In this document: positions 1-9,944 of the stretch, one piece after another
Position numbering within the stretch: the stretch's first letter is position 1
How the letters are laid out: each line of letters starts with the position of its first letter
NCBI GenBank assembly: GCA_035297365.1
Contig: DATGZA010000027.1
Span: 1 to 29,292, forward strand
From: Nitrososphaeraceae archaeon
GTDB lineage: Archaea > Thermoproteota > Nitrososphaeria > Nitrososphaerales > Nitrososphaeraceae
DNA: 29,292 nt
Direction of reading: 5' to 3'
Notes under the pieces: model-generated
The model's input: the letters and a program-made list of their open reading frames with translations, nothing else
Databases searched by the model: none
What the model was told of the DNA's origin: nothing
Position numbers and translations under genes: made by a program

Positions 1-110
1 GGACCACTTGTGCTATTATTATTATTATTATCGTTATTGTTATTACCACCTGTACTGCCAGTACCGGAACCACCACTACTAACACTACTACCCGGCAAAT
101 TACTATTCAC
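1..110 (-). CDS. 5' part of a gene running off the left edge; Gly/Ser/Asn low-complexity N-terminus
   Basis: Manual translation from GTG at 110: MNSNLPGSSVSSGGSGTGSTGGNNNNDNNNNNSTSG..., open to the window edge and divergent from the AKR gene. Not in the ORF track; start codon uncertain. Confidence 0.55.
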   Translation of the reverse strand, partial: MNSNLPGSSVSSGGSGTGSTGGNNNNDNNNNNSTSG

Positions 111-205
111 GTCAAGTATTTTGAAACGACTACATATACACCTTTGTTTGCGAAAACAAAAAAATATCAACTAAAAATATATGAAGATAAAAACTACTTA
201 CTTTA

Positions 206-1351
206 TTGTCAAATGAAAATTCTTATTTGGAAGGATTTGCTTCAACTGAAGGAACAAAAAGATTCAAGGAAAATTCACTAAAAAAAGGTAATGTAGAATC
301 TCATTTCAAAAAATTTGACGATTTATATCTATCAAGTATTGGAATGGGTACGTATTTAGGAAATCTATCTGCACATGAAGATAAAGAGATAGAAGATGCA
401 CTGTATGAATCTGTAAAAGCCGGCGCAATTAATGTTATAGATACTGCAATTAACTACAGAGCAATGAAATCGGAAAAGAGCATAGGGAGAGCATTGCAAA
501 GATTAGTAAAAGATGGAATAATCGCACGAGATGAGATATTTATTAGTACAAAGAATGGATATATTACGAATGATGGAGATTTTCCTCAAATTGATGTGTT
601 ACAATATATGCAAAAAATGTACATAGCCACTGGAGTTATTAAAGCAGAAGACATAAGTTCAGGATATAATGTTCTCAACCCAAATTACATATCAAAATGT
701 GTTGAACGATCTGTATGCAATCTAAAATTGAAAACAGTGGATCTTCTTTATATCCATAATCCTTTTGAAAGTTGGAATCAAGATGTTAGCAAAAAAGAAT
801 TTTTAGAAATGTTATATAAAGTATTTGAAGTTTATGAGAAATTTCGAAACGATAATAGAATAAGGTATTATGGAATGGCTACTTGGACATGTTTTCGTGT
901 AAATGAAGATAATAAAGATTATTTATCTCTTGAAGAGATACATAATTTAGCTCGGAATGTTGGTGGAAAAGAACATGGGTTTCGTTTCATTCAACTTCCA
1001 TATAATTTAGCATACAGTGAAGCTCTTTTTCTGAAGAACCAATCTTATAACGAAGAGAAAAATTTAACAATACTAGATGCTGCCATGAAATTACAGATTG
1101 GAGTATTCTCTAGTATTCCACTTTTTCAGGGAAGGTTATTAAATACCAATATTCCCGATTATGCAGAAAATATGACCGACCAAATTTTAAAATTAGTTCA
1201 GATAATAAGATCGACTCCAGGGATAATAGCTCCACTTTTAGGTCAGAAAAAAATGGAGCATGTTAAGGAAAATATCAAAATAGCAGAAATTCCACTACTA
1301 TCAAAGGATGAATTTAAATCAGCATTAAGAATGCTGATTGATGAAAAATAA
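206..1351 (+). CDS. Aldo/keto reductase family oxidoreductase
   Basis: IGMGT N-terminal motif; AKR catalytic tetrad visible as IDTAINY (Asp, Tyr), STKNG (Lys) and LYIHNP (His); QLPYNL; 381 aa. Confidence 0.9.
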   Translation: MSNENSYLEGFASTEGTKRFKENSLKKGNVESHFKKFDDLYLSSIGMGTYLGNLSAHEDKEIEDALYESVKAGAINVIDTAINYRAMKSEKSIGRALQRLVKDGIIARDEIFISTKNGYITNDGDFPQIDVLQYMQKMYIATGVIKAEDISSGYNVLNPNYISKCVERSVCNLKLKTVDLLYIHNPFESWNQDVSKKEFLEMLYKVFEVYEKFRNDNRIRYYGMATWTCFRVNEDNKDYLSLEEIHNLARNVGGKEHGFRFIQLPYNLAYSEALFLKNQSYNEEKNLTILDAAMKLQIGVFSSIPLFQGRLLNTNIPDYAENMTDQILKLVQIIRSTPGIIAPLLGQKKMEHVKENIKIAEIPLLSKDEFKSALRMLIDEK

Positions 1352-1364
1352 ATACATTAAAAAA

Positions 1365-1880
1365 TTAGAGTATATCAGTTTGAGTCATTTTCCTTATTTT
1401 TTCTTTCCAAGATTGTGTAATCTCATTCTTCTCAAAATAGTCTAGGGGTTTTTTCTTTCCATTGTCATCATTTTTAAAAGGTCGCAACCAACGAGAACCA
1501 AGTTTATTTTCTTCATCTGTCGTATTTTCGTCTTCTAAAATTAGACTATCCAAGTCAAAGGTTTTATTTTTGGGTTCGGTGTTAGATGATTTAGACTCCA
1601 TAGGTTGGACAGTTTCGTAATATTGTGGTGGAGGAGATGCCGTATTGGAGGTATTATCTTGTAAACTATCATTTAAAACAGAATTCTCTTGTTGTATATT
1701 TACAACTTCATTATTTATTTGGTTTTCATTAAGAAATTCTTGTAATAGGAACATCTGACCTATAATTTGACCACGTCCACAATCAGAAAATCCATTTTTT
1801 TGTAAAAAAGGCATATATTTTAACAATATTCGAAATTCCTCCAGCCTTAGTTTAGTATTTTCCTTTGATAGTATAACCAT
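1365..1880 (-). CDS. Hypothetical protein with a long acidic/low-complexity central region
   Basis: 171-aa ATG-started ORF filling the gap between AKR and PINA; no motif recognised. Confidence 0.6.
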   Translation of the reverse strand: MVILSKENTKLRLEEFRILLKYMPFLQKNGFSDCGRGQIIGQMFLLQEFLNENQINNEVVNIQQENSVLNDSLQDNTSNTASPPPQYYETVQPMESKSSNTEPKNKTFDLDSLILEDENTTDEENKLGSRWLRPFKNDDNGKKKPLDYFEKNEITQSWKEKIRKMTQTDIL

Positions 1881-2076
1881 TTCAAAAATAATAGTTGATT
1901 TCTTTTTAAATCAAAGGGTGTTCAATATTTTTGGTAATTAACATTCTAAAAGCTAGCTAATCTTTATCCAATGTCTGTCAAATTAAAACCACACAATAAA
2001 GGATATAAATGAATAAATGTTTCGCAACAAGAGAATAAATCTTAATTACACTAAATGAAATACAAATATGAATTAA

Positions 2077-3900
2077 TTGGGGAAAAAATTTGTCTTAGAC
2101 ACAAGTATAGTAATCGATAAAGAAATAACCAAAATGTTGTATTCAGGTAAAATAAACGAAAATGATGAGATCATAATTCCTCACGCAGTATTGGATGAAC
2201 TACAAGCACAGGCATCAACAAATAGAGAACATGGTTTTGTTGGTTTACAAGAAATTAAAGAGATAAGGGAAGAATGTCGAAAAAGAACAATTAAATTAAG
2301 TTTTTCGGGACAAAGACCAGATTATGATGATATACTATTAGCAAAACATGGAAGGATTGATGCCATTATCAATCAAATTGCATTAGAAGAAGAGGGAATT
2401 ATCATTACTGCGGATTACGTTCAACATATTGCAGCTTTAGCACAAGGAATTGAATCCATTCTCATAAAACCAAATAATAAAATTAAAGAATTCAAATTTG
2501 AAAAATTCTTTTCGGAACAAACGATGAGTGTCCACTTAAAAGATGGGGTTTGTCCGTATGCTAAGATTGGACGTCCAGGCAATTTTCAGCTAGTAAGATT
2601 AGATGAAAAAGCGATAAAGAACGACTTTCTGAAGGAGATAATCAAAGAAATCTATGAATTTAATCCACCTAACGCTAACAAATTATATGAAATAAATCGT
2701 GAAGGAGCTAATGTTATTCAATTTGGTACATATAGAATAACCATAACTCGACCTCCATTTTCAGATGCCATCGAAATTACCATTGTTAGACCAATAGTTC
2801 ATCTTTCATTGGATGATTACAAATTAAGTGAAAAACTTTTGAAACGTTTAGATGAAAAAGCAGAAGGAATAGTTATAGCTGGACCCCCGGGTTCAGGAAA
2901 GAGTACATTAGCCAGCAGTCTCGCAGAATATTATACAAAAAAAGGCAAAATAGTAAAAACGTTTGAATCACCAAGAGATTTGCAGGTACCAAAAGAAGTT
3001 ACGCAATATAGTCCACTAGAAGGAAGTTTTGAAAAATCGGTTGATATATTACTACTGGTTAGACCAGATTACACTATTTTTGATGAGATCAGAAGGATTA
3101 GAGATTTTAACGTATTCGCAGACATGAGACTTTCAGGAGTCGGAATGATTGGAATTATTCATGCTAACAGTCCTATAGATGCGGTTCAGAGATTTATTGG
3201 TAAAATAGAGATGGGAATGATTCCACATATTTTGGATACAATAATATTTTTAAAAGACGGTTTAATAAACAAGGTCTATGATCTTAGATTAACCGTTAAG
3301 GTTCCTTCAGGAATGGTTGAAGAGGACCTTGCTAGACCTTTAGTTGAAATTTTTGACTATGAAACAGGTCAATTAGAATACGAGATTTATACCTACGGTG
3401 AGGAAAATATTGTAGTGCCTGTAAGAGAAATAGCATCAAACAAAGAGTCAAATAATAAACTTAAGAAAATAGCAGAATCCAAAATAAAAGATGTTGTAAG
3501 AAGATTCGATCCTAATGCTGAAATAGAAATAGTATCCAATAACAAAGTAAGAATAAAGGTAGACAAGGAATTCATTCCAAGAATAATAGGAAAAGGTGGG
3601 GCTACTGTTTCAGAATTAGAAGAAATAATAGGAATGAAAATTGATATTGAAGCAAAGACTCCTGTCCTTGGAAATAATGTAGATTATCAAATTAATGAAT
3701 CAGGTTCATCAATATTATTCATAGTTAACAACAAAGAAATAGGTGCAAATGTTGGGATTTATGTCGATAATGAATTTTTGTTTAGTTCTCAAATTGGGAA
3801 AAAAGCTAGGATAAAAATTGACAAGAGATCAGAATATGGAAAAAAACTTCTAAACGCGATTCTGACATCAGCAGAAATCAAGCTATTTAAAACAAATTAG
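2077..3900 (+). CDS. pinA: PIN-domain ATPase with C-terminal KH domain (archaeal PINA-type ATPase)
   Basis: PIN motifs VLDTS, VLDELQ, RIDA and ITAD; Walker A GPPGSGKST; Walker B TIFDEIR; KH motif IIGKGG; 607 aa. Confidence 0.9.
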   Translation: MGKKFVLDTSIVIDKEITKMLYSGKINENDEIIIPHAVLDELQAQASTNREHGFVGLQEIKEIREECRKRTIKLSFSGQRPDYDDILLAKHGRIDAIINQIALEEEGIIITADYVQHIAALAQGIESILIKPNNKIKEFKFEKFFSEQTMSVHLKDGVCPYAKIGRPGNFQLVRLDEKAIKNDFLKEIIKEIYEFNPPNANKLYEINREGANVIQFGTYRITITRPPFSDAIEITIVRPIVHLSLDDYKLSEKLLKRLDEKAEGIVIAGPPGSGKSTLASSLAEYYTKKGKIVKTFESPRDLQVPKEVTQYSPLEGSFEKSVDILLLVRPDYTIFDEIRRIRDFNVFADMRLSGVGMIGIIHANSPIDAVQRFIGKIEMGMIPHILDTIIFLKDGLINKVYDLRLTVKVPSGMVEEDLARPLVEIFDYETGQLEYEIYTYGEENIVVPVREIASNKESNNKLKKIAESKIKDVVRRFDPNAEIEIVSNNKVRIKVDKEFIPRIIGKGGATVSELEEIIGMKIDIEAKTPVLGNNVDYQINESGSSILFIVNNKEIGANVGIYVDNEFLFSSQIGKKARIKIDKRSEYGKKLLNAILTSAEIKLFKTN

Positions 3901-3943
3901 ATGTCTCAAGTTATTTTAAATCTAGACAATATTGAAATGTTTC

Positions 3944-3985
3944 AATATAATATAATATAATATAAAATAAAATAAAATAAAATAA
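3944..3985. repeat. Pentanucleotide microsatellite (AATAT)4(AAAAT)4 upstream of pheA
   Basis: Read directly: aatataatataatataatataaaataaaataaaataaaataa. Confidence 0.85.
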
Positions 3986-4030
3986 TGATGCATCAAACAT
4001 AAAAGATCCCTTTCTATTATAATATTAAAA

Positions 4031-4867
4031 TTGGCAATTAAACATAAAGTCGCTTTTCAAGGAGAAAATGGAGCTTATAGTGAAATGGCAGTTTTGACAC
4101 TTTTTCCAGACTCCATTACCGTACCCATGAGATCTTTTCAACAAGTCTTTGATTCGGTCGTAAGAAGCGAAAATGATCTTGCAGTCGTCCCCATAGAAAA
4201 CTCTATAGAGGGCAGCGTGAATGAAAATTATGATTTACTACTAAAAAATAGAATACAAATAGTTGGCGAAATTTTCCAAAGGATTCACCATTGTTTAATC
4301 GTTAATCAGCGACATGATGAAAAAATATTAAAAGTATTTTCACATCCTCAGGCTCTTGCTCAATGCAGAGAATATATCTACCAAAAAAAACTAGAACCTA
4401 TTCCTTCATATGATACTGCAGGAGCGGTAAAAATGATCAAAGAAGGCAATATGACAGATTCAGCAGCAATTGCAAGTAAATGGGCTGCAGAATTATATGA
4501 TATGAAAATCATTGATGAAGGAATAGAGGATAGAAAGAATAATTTTACTAGGTTTTTTGTAATTTCAAAAAAAATAACAACAAAGTCCACAGGTAATGAT
4601 AGAACATCAATAATATTTGGCTTAGAACATAGTCCGGGATCATTATTTAAGGTATTAAATGAATTCGCCCAAGAGAGTATCAATCTAACTAAAATTGAAT
4701 CCCGTCCAACCAAGGAGACTCCTTGGGAATATTATTTTTATGTTGATTTGGACGGACATTATATGGATCAAAAGATAAAAAGAACTTTAGAGAATATAAA
4801 AAAGAAATCAAAATTTTATAAATTATTAGGTTCCTATAAAAAAGGAATATTTAATTTCTTCTTCTAA
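4031..4867 (+). CDS. pheA: Prephenate dehydratase with C-terminal ACT domain
   Basis: VAFQGENGAYSE, PIENSIEG, SHPQALAQC, NFTRFF and INLTKIESRP motifs; 278 aa, no chorismate mutase domain. Confidence 0.95.
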   Translation: MAIKHKVAFQGENGAYSEMAVLTLFPDSITVPMRSFQQVFDSVVRSENDLAVVPIENSIEGSVNENYDLLLKNRIQIVGEIFQRIHHCLIVNQRHDEKILKVFSHPQALAQCREYIYQKKLEPIPSYDTAGAVKMIKEGNMTDSAAIASKWAAELYDMKIIDEGIEDRKNNFTRFFVISKKITTKSTGNDRTSIIFGLEHSPGSLFKVLNEFAQESINLTKIESRPTKETPWEYYFYVDLDGHYMDQKIKRTLENIKKKSKFYKLLGSYKKGIFNFFF

Positions 4868-5312
4868 TTCTTATACCCATCCACAGAATTACTATCCCTG
4901 TAGCCAGTAACATTAATTGACCAACTAGAGCAATTTCATTTCCCTTAGTATAAGCATATCCGTCAATAAGAACTTCAGAATTTCCAAAATTAAAGATTTT
5001 TATTATATGCTCTCCATTTTGTTTAGCTTCAATATCATATTCAAAGTCAGAAGCATTATTTATCAGTAGGAAGGATGTTTTATTAGGAAATGTTAGAGAT
5101 ACATTAAAGAGAGATCCTGATAACTCTAAGAGAGTATTCCTTCCAATTTCCATATTTGGAGAAAGGATATCTTGAGAACCAGGATTAATAACTCCATCGA
5201 GATCGACTTTCACAGAAGTGTTAGAATATATTACTGAGTATATTCCTATAGCAATAAATACTGATCCAGCAATCATTAGACCATAGGAATAAACTGAATT
5301 TGGAACGGGCAT
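4851..5312 (-). CDS. Hypothetical membrane protein (N- and C-terminal TM helices flanking a beta-rich domain)
   Basis: Hydrophobic segments YGLMIAGSVFIAIGIYSVIY and LVGQLMLLATGIVILWMGI with a basic tail RIRRRN; convergent 17-nt overlap with pheA. Confidence 0.75.
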   Translation of the reverse strand: MPVPNSVYSYGLMIAGSVFIAIGIYSVIYSNTSVKVDLDGVINPGSQDILSPNMEIGRNTLLELSGSLFNVSLTFPNKTSFLLINNASDFEYDIEAKQNGEHIIKIFNFGNSEVLIDGYAYTKGNEIALVGQLMLLATGIVILWMGIRIRRRN

Positions 5313-6169
5313 TTGTGATCTATTGATATGATGAGTTACTAATAAATTATATTTTGAGTTTAGGAAAAAATTTATAAATGACTAGAGCAATAGTACATTT
5401 GTTCATTCTACTTGGAATATCAATATCAAATTCTGTACAACATGTTAGCTATATTTTGAATTTAATTTAATTAAGTTTATAAAAAGTATTTTTTCAATTT
5501 AGATAAATCTATTTCACGGCCATTTGATATGACATTCTTTTCAAGTTCCTTTAAAAATATAAAGAATCTTAAAATTCTTTAGAAATTGAAATTATAAGTA
5601 ACATCAAATTAGAATTATAAGTGTATATTGAAATAAACAATATTGCTCTAATATAATTCAATTATTTTTTGGATTTATTTGATTCTTCCGTAGTTTTACC
5701 ATCTTCATAACTAAGAAATTCAATATACATGATAAATAAATTATATAGAATAGTAGTAAATATTTTTTTCTATTTAAATCATTATCATACATGTTTATTT
5801 CTATGTAACATAAAATTAAAGTATAGTTAATTATAAAGCTACCTATATTAAATAATATGAAAATCGTCAGAAACAAATTGATTATTCTGATACTTGAATA
5901 GATATGCATTATTTCTACAATTTTTTTAATTTTTACTAACAGTCTAGATTAATTTTTGACTATAGAATTATTACGATACATTGAAGGTAATTGGCTTTGA
6001 ATATTATAAAAAATAAAACTAAAATGAACGTCATGTTAAAGCTATTATGCATTAATTTAACTATCTGGATTTAGCTATGAATGTCCTATTTCTATTCGAA
6101 TGCTCATACTTTTGTTTCAAAGAAATAGAACATAGCACTTTCGCTACGTACACATTATATTTAGTTTCC

Positions 6170-6726
6170 TGGTCTGAGTTTATAAAATAGATTAACTTTA
6201 TTGTGATAAGAATAATCACAGTTTTTTGGATCTTATTTAATTTAATTAGAGTTTCACTTATAGTTTGTGATATATTTTCTTACTAGAATTGGATCAATCC
6301 AAATATGAGGATAATATCAAAATTTTGCATCGTTGTATTCAGAAAATTTTACTTCCTACCTGTATTATGATAAGTACTAGTCAATTAAACATATAAAACA
6401 GATTGAATTTATCAAATTTACTTAGCCAAGCATCAAAATCTATCTATGTATAAAATAAGATTTATCTCTTCCAAAATAGATATTTCATTAGCAGAAGGTT
6501 CCCAGTAATGAGGCTCTACACCAAAAGGTATTATCACTGAAACATCAATATTATCTCCACCTATTTTTTTGTCATATGCTAAGAAGTATAAAAGGATGTT
6601 ACAACTTTCGATTTAGATTGATTTGGATAAGTAAAAATAGTTTTTTCCGTTTCATCGAGTAAAAGAACAGACATTCAGAATATTAAACTAAAGTAAAACT
6701 AAAATTACTAAGATTTGGTGATACAT
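6170..6726 (-). pseudogene. Degraded Zn/Mn ABC-transporter substrate-binding protein (ZnuA/TroA family), paralogue of 10900..11841
   Basis: Manual translation across stops and frameshifts gives MYHQILVILVLL*, KVVTSFY, KIGGDNIDVSVIIPFGVEPHYWEPS, FDAWL, PHIWIDPILV, NISQTISETLIK and DPKN. These are collinear with KVIASFY, EIGG, IPFSFEPHDWE, FDAWL, PHIWLDPILV, NISKTISDALIK and DPNN of the intact gene. Confidence 0.88.
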
Positions 6727-6947
6727 AAACTATCTGATACTTCAATTAATTAATAATAATTAAATATATAAATTAATTAATATTTAATATACCTGTAATT
6801 TTTATTAAAAAAATACTTATAATTGATCGTAAAAAAAGTAGAATCAGATGTAAGAAATTGAGATCTTGGATTTGAAACATATATTCACAAATCTTATTTA
6901 AATAAATTTGACTTTGATATATTTTCTTAAATTTTAGGTCTAATAAT

Positions 6948-6955
6948 TTTATAAA
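6948..6955 (+). promoter_or_regulatory. Probable archaeal TATA box (TTTATAAA) of tatD, leaderless spacing
   Basis: TTTATAAA lies 26-33 nt upstream of the ATG at 6981; the AT-rich background limits certainty. Confidence 0.5.
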
Positions 6956-6980
6956 TACGATTGGAGAATTAGATAGACAG

Positions 6981-7760
6981 ATGGAATATTTTGATGCTCA
7001 CATCCATTTAACTGATGCTGAATATTCAAATTATTTAGAAAATATTTTATTCTCATTAAAATCAATGCATATGAAGGCATGTTCTGTTACCGTCAATATA
7101 GAGACTACTAAAAGAAGTTTTGATATTTTTTCAGACTCTGGAGAGATAGTATCACAATTTGTTGGTATTCACCCACAATACGTGTTAACAGATGATCTTG
7201 ATATTTTTAAAGAATTAGTTGAATCTAATCTTGATAGAGTCGATGGAATTGGTGAGATAGGATTGGACCCCACTTATTCCGTAGGAAATGAAAAAGATTA
7301 TGAAATACAAAAGAAGAAATTTCATCATCTTCTAGAAATTGCAGAAAAATATAATAAACCTATTTCAATTCATTCAAGAAAATCCCTTGATGATATTTTA
7401 CATGTGTTACCGTCTTATAGCATCAAAAATAGACTTTTACACTGGTTTGCAGGAAGTAAAAAACAATTGAAAAAAGTAATGGAAATGGAATTTTATGTGT
7501 CATATGGTCCAGTTCTATTGTATTCTCCAGACAAAAAGGTGTTGTTATCAAATACGGATCAAGAAAAAATTTTGGTCGAAACTGACGGTCCTGTCAGATA
7601 TTCGAATTGTTTCAACTACCTTCCATCATCTTCCATATCATGTCTTGTAAGTGTTATTAATTATGTAGGGGAAATACTTGATCTGAATTTTGAAGAAGTG
7701 AAGAAAATATTGAAAAGTAATTCTGAGAATTTCCTTGGAAAGAAAATCTCATGTAATTAA
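6981..7760 (+). CDS. tatD: TatD family metal-dependent hydrolase/DNase
   Basis: FDAHIHL, VGIHP, GIGEIGLD, SIHSR, LHWF and ETDGP motifs; 259 aa. Confidence 0.93.
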   Translation: MEYFDAHIHLTDAEYSNYLENILFSLKSMHMKACSVTVNIETTKRSFDIFSDSGEIVSQFVGIHPQYVLTDDLDIFKELVESNLDRVDGIGEIGLDPTYSVGNEKDYEIQKKKFHHLLEIAEKYNKPISIHSRKSLDDILHVLPSYSIKNRLLHWFAGSKKQLKKVMEMEFYVSYGPVLLYSPDKKVLLSNTDQEKILVETDGPVRYSNCFNYLPSSSISCLVSVINYVGEILDLNFEEVKKILKSNSENFLGKKISCN

Positions 7761-7808
7761 AATCTAAAAAATATAGAAAATTTAGCCTGGAGTATGCGGT
7801 GGATTAAA

Positions 7809-7832
7809 ATATTTATATTTATATTTATATTT
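7809..7832. repeat. Hexanucleotide tandem repeat (ATATTT)4
   Basis: Read directly downstream of tatD. Confidence 0.7.
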
Positions 7833-8147
7833 ATTTGCTAAGTTCTCTGTTAACACTAACTTGAAACTTCACACATACATATTCATTGTTACAATTTTAA
7901 CTCTATTTCTTTTATTCAACGATTAATTTAATTTCGAACTATTATATATTAAGTAACTAACAAGCCATTTACATAAAAGATATGTACCTTGATTATGGAA
8001 ATTTTTGTTAATCTTCCAGATCCACTGTAAAATTTGAATAGATTATTTATAGATGATAGTAATACTTTATAAAAAAATATTTTACTTGCGATCGTTTTGA
8101 TTTGAAATAAGTAAAATGCTAAATGATCATGACAAAAAATTTGTAAA

Positions 8148-9944
8148 TTAGGAAATAAAGTTTATAGTACCTATTCTTATATCTTTGATGGGTAAATCTC
8201 CCGATCCATTTGCTCTAGTCCAAATATGATGTCTTTTAATAAATGATGGACCCTTTTCTATTTCTGTTTTATCGTCTCCATTTGGAACACCACCTGGATT
8301 CCATTCGGACATACCCCACTTCCTATCTTTCATAACTAGGACCCATCCTTTACCATCGCCGAAATCTAACCACACATTAAGTACTACCTCTTGATTTGTC
8401 CTATCAGTTCTCATAGTTGAGAAGAATTTGTACTCTTTGTCGTCTTGTAGTGTAATACCGTTTGGATATTGGGAAGCGACTTCCTGACCTTGGTCGTTAT
8501 GCCAGTACTCTACCTTTGATTGAACTTCATTTCTATGAATTGAAAATCCGAATCCACCAAATACCAATTTACCGTCCAAAATCCATCCATCTGTACCATG
8601 ATTCCCGTCCTTTATTGATAAATTCTCTATTCCAGGTTTTAGCTTAAATGTTCCTGTCATTACAGTGTTGAAACCAGCTGTGTCTAATAGTGAAAATTGT
8701 GGTAATTCATGATAATCCCAGTACACTCTACCATTTCCACCACCCGATTGTACTTCTAGCCAACCATTCTTAATAATGTGTGCGTTTACACCACTAGCTC
8801 CACTAGACAATAACACTTTATCGATGGGATGTGTCTTTCCTGATGGCAGTAAGATGTCATTGATGAATGTTTGTTTTGAATCATACATCCAGATGACACC
8901 TTGTACTGGAAATGCCCCTCCTGTAGGGGGTGGGTTTGGAACACATTGACCATTCTCAAGGTGTTGTCCTAGTGGACAGGGTTCTGGTGGGTTTGGAACA
9001 CATTGACCATTCTCAAGGTGTTGTCCTAGTGGACAAGGTATAGGCGATGAAATATCATTTAATGTAATTAAACAAGTCTTTATCTCGTTTGGATTAATCT
9101 GACCTTGACATTCAAATTGCAGGAATGATTGATATCCCGCTACACTATTATCGACTGACACAGAGTATTGTCCCTCCGAAACAGCAACTACTTGGATCAT
9201 CTTCGATGAAGCAGCTTTAAATGAAGGAGGAAATGCTGGGGTACCATGAATGTTTATTGTAAAAGCGGATGGTTGTTTATTACCTCCATTATCATTAATA
9301 ACATTTGTTGATATTAACAGAAATCCTACTTTAGATGGATCTGTTGGTTTTGGTATTGCAGCAATTTTAGGTTTAATGTCCTGATTTTCTTTTCCTTTAT
9401 GGTCTGGGAGAAGTAAGTCAGACAGCGAAAGTGGTAGTATCGGTAATTTTGAAGTAGACGAAATATTATCATCATCTGCAATAATCAGACAAGATCTCAC
9501 TTCACCATAATTTACCACTCCTTCGCATTGGTTTTCAAGAGATATATTGTATCCACTTACATTATTTACAGAAATTGAGTATTTACCTTCATTAACAGAA
9601 ATAATTTGAACTTGTGGTGATGGTACAGCTTTCAATGAAGAAGGAAATGCTAAGGTGTCATGAATGTTTATTGTAAAATCGGATGGTTGTTTATTACCTC
9701 CATTATCATTAATAACATTTGTTGATAATATTATGTAACCTATTTTATTTTTTCCATCTGGCGAAGGTAATTGCGCGATAGCTGGCTGATCGATAGCAGG
9801 TTGTTCAAAATTTTGTTGTGAAAAGGAAAAACTCTTAATAGGAAAAGTCATTGACAATAATATTAAGAATGAAAAGGATAGTAATGAAAATAATTTTAAA
9901 AATATAACATTAATCATGATGTTCATTATTAAATTCAAATTCAA
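8148..9944 (-). CDS. Secreted modular protein: signal peptide, 2 Ig/prealbumin-like repeats, 2 Cys-Pro repeats, C-terminal beta-sandwich domain
   Basis: Hydrophobic N-terminus; two copies of STNVINDNGGNKQPSxFTINIH...C..C; two copies of CPLGQHLENGQCVPNPP; Trp/Gly-rich beta-type C-terminal region. True start may be ATG 9926 or 9917. Confidence 0.85.
   Translation of the reverse strand: MNLNLIMNIMINVIFLKLFSLLSFSFLILLSMTFPIKSFSFSQQNFEQPAIDQPAIAQLPSPDGKNKIGYIILSTNVINDNGGNKQPSDFTINIHDTLAFPSSLKAVPSPQVQIISVNEGKYSISVNNVSGYNISLENQCEGVVNYGEVRSCLIIADDDNISSTSKLPILPLSLSDLLLPDHKGKENQDIKPKIAAIPKPTDPSKVGFLLISTNVINDNGGNKQPSAFTINIHGTPAFPPSFKAASSKMIQVVAVSEGQYSVSVDNSVAGYQSFLQFECQGQINPNEIKTCLITLNDISSPIPCPLGQHLENGQCVPNPPEPCPLGQHLENGQCVPNPPPTGGAFPVQGVIWMYDSKQTFINDILLPSGKTHPIDKVLLSSGASGVNAHIIKNGWLEVQSGGGNGRVYWDYHELPQFSLLDTAGFNTVMTGTFKLKPGIENLSIKDGNHGTDGWILDGKLVFGGFGFSIHRNEVQSKVEYWHNDQGQEVASQYPNGITLQDDKEYKFFSTMRTDRTNQEVVLNVWLDFGDGKGWVLVMKDRKWGMSEWNPGGVPNGDDKTEIEKGPSFIKRHHIWTRANGSGDLPIKDIRIGTINFIS
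8929..9035. repeat. Intragenic direct repeat, 50 bp identical with 57-bp period (CPLGQHLENGQCVPNPP x2)
   Basis: ggtgggtttggaacacattgaccattctcaaggtgttgtcctagtggaca at 8929-8978 and 8986-9035. Confidence 0.95.

Noticed and set aside
2077-3900. PIN-domain gene as a toxin-antitoxin or defence system
   Set aside because: PIN-ATPase-KH is the conserved archaeal PINA housekeeping architecture; no antitoxin partner is evident.
5658-5909. 83-aa hydrophobic ORF
   Set aside because: Ile/Leu/Asn/Tyr composition expected from AT-rich non-coding or decayed DNA; no motif recognised.
3393-8647. ORFs 3393..3575, 4378..4713 and 8462..8647
   Set aside because: Antisense to well-supported genes (PINA, pheA, 598-aa protein).
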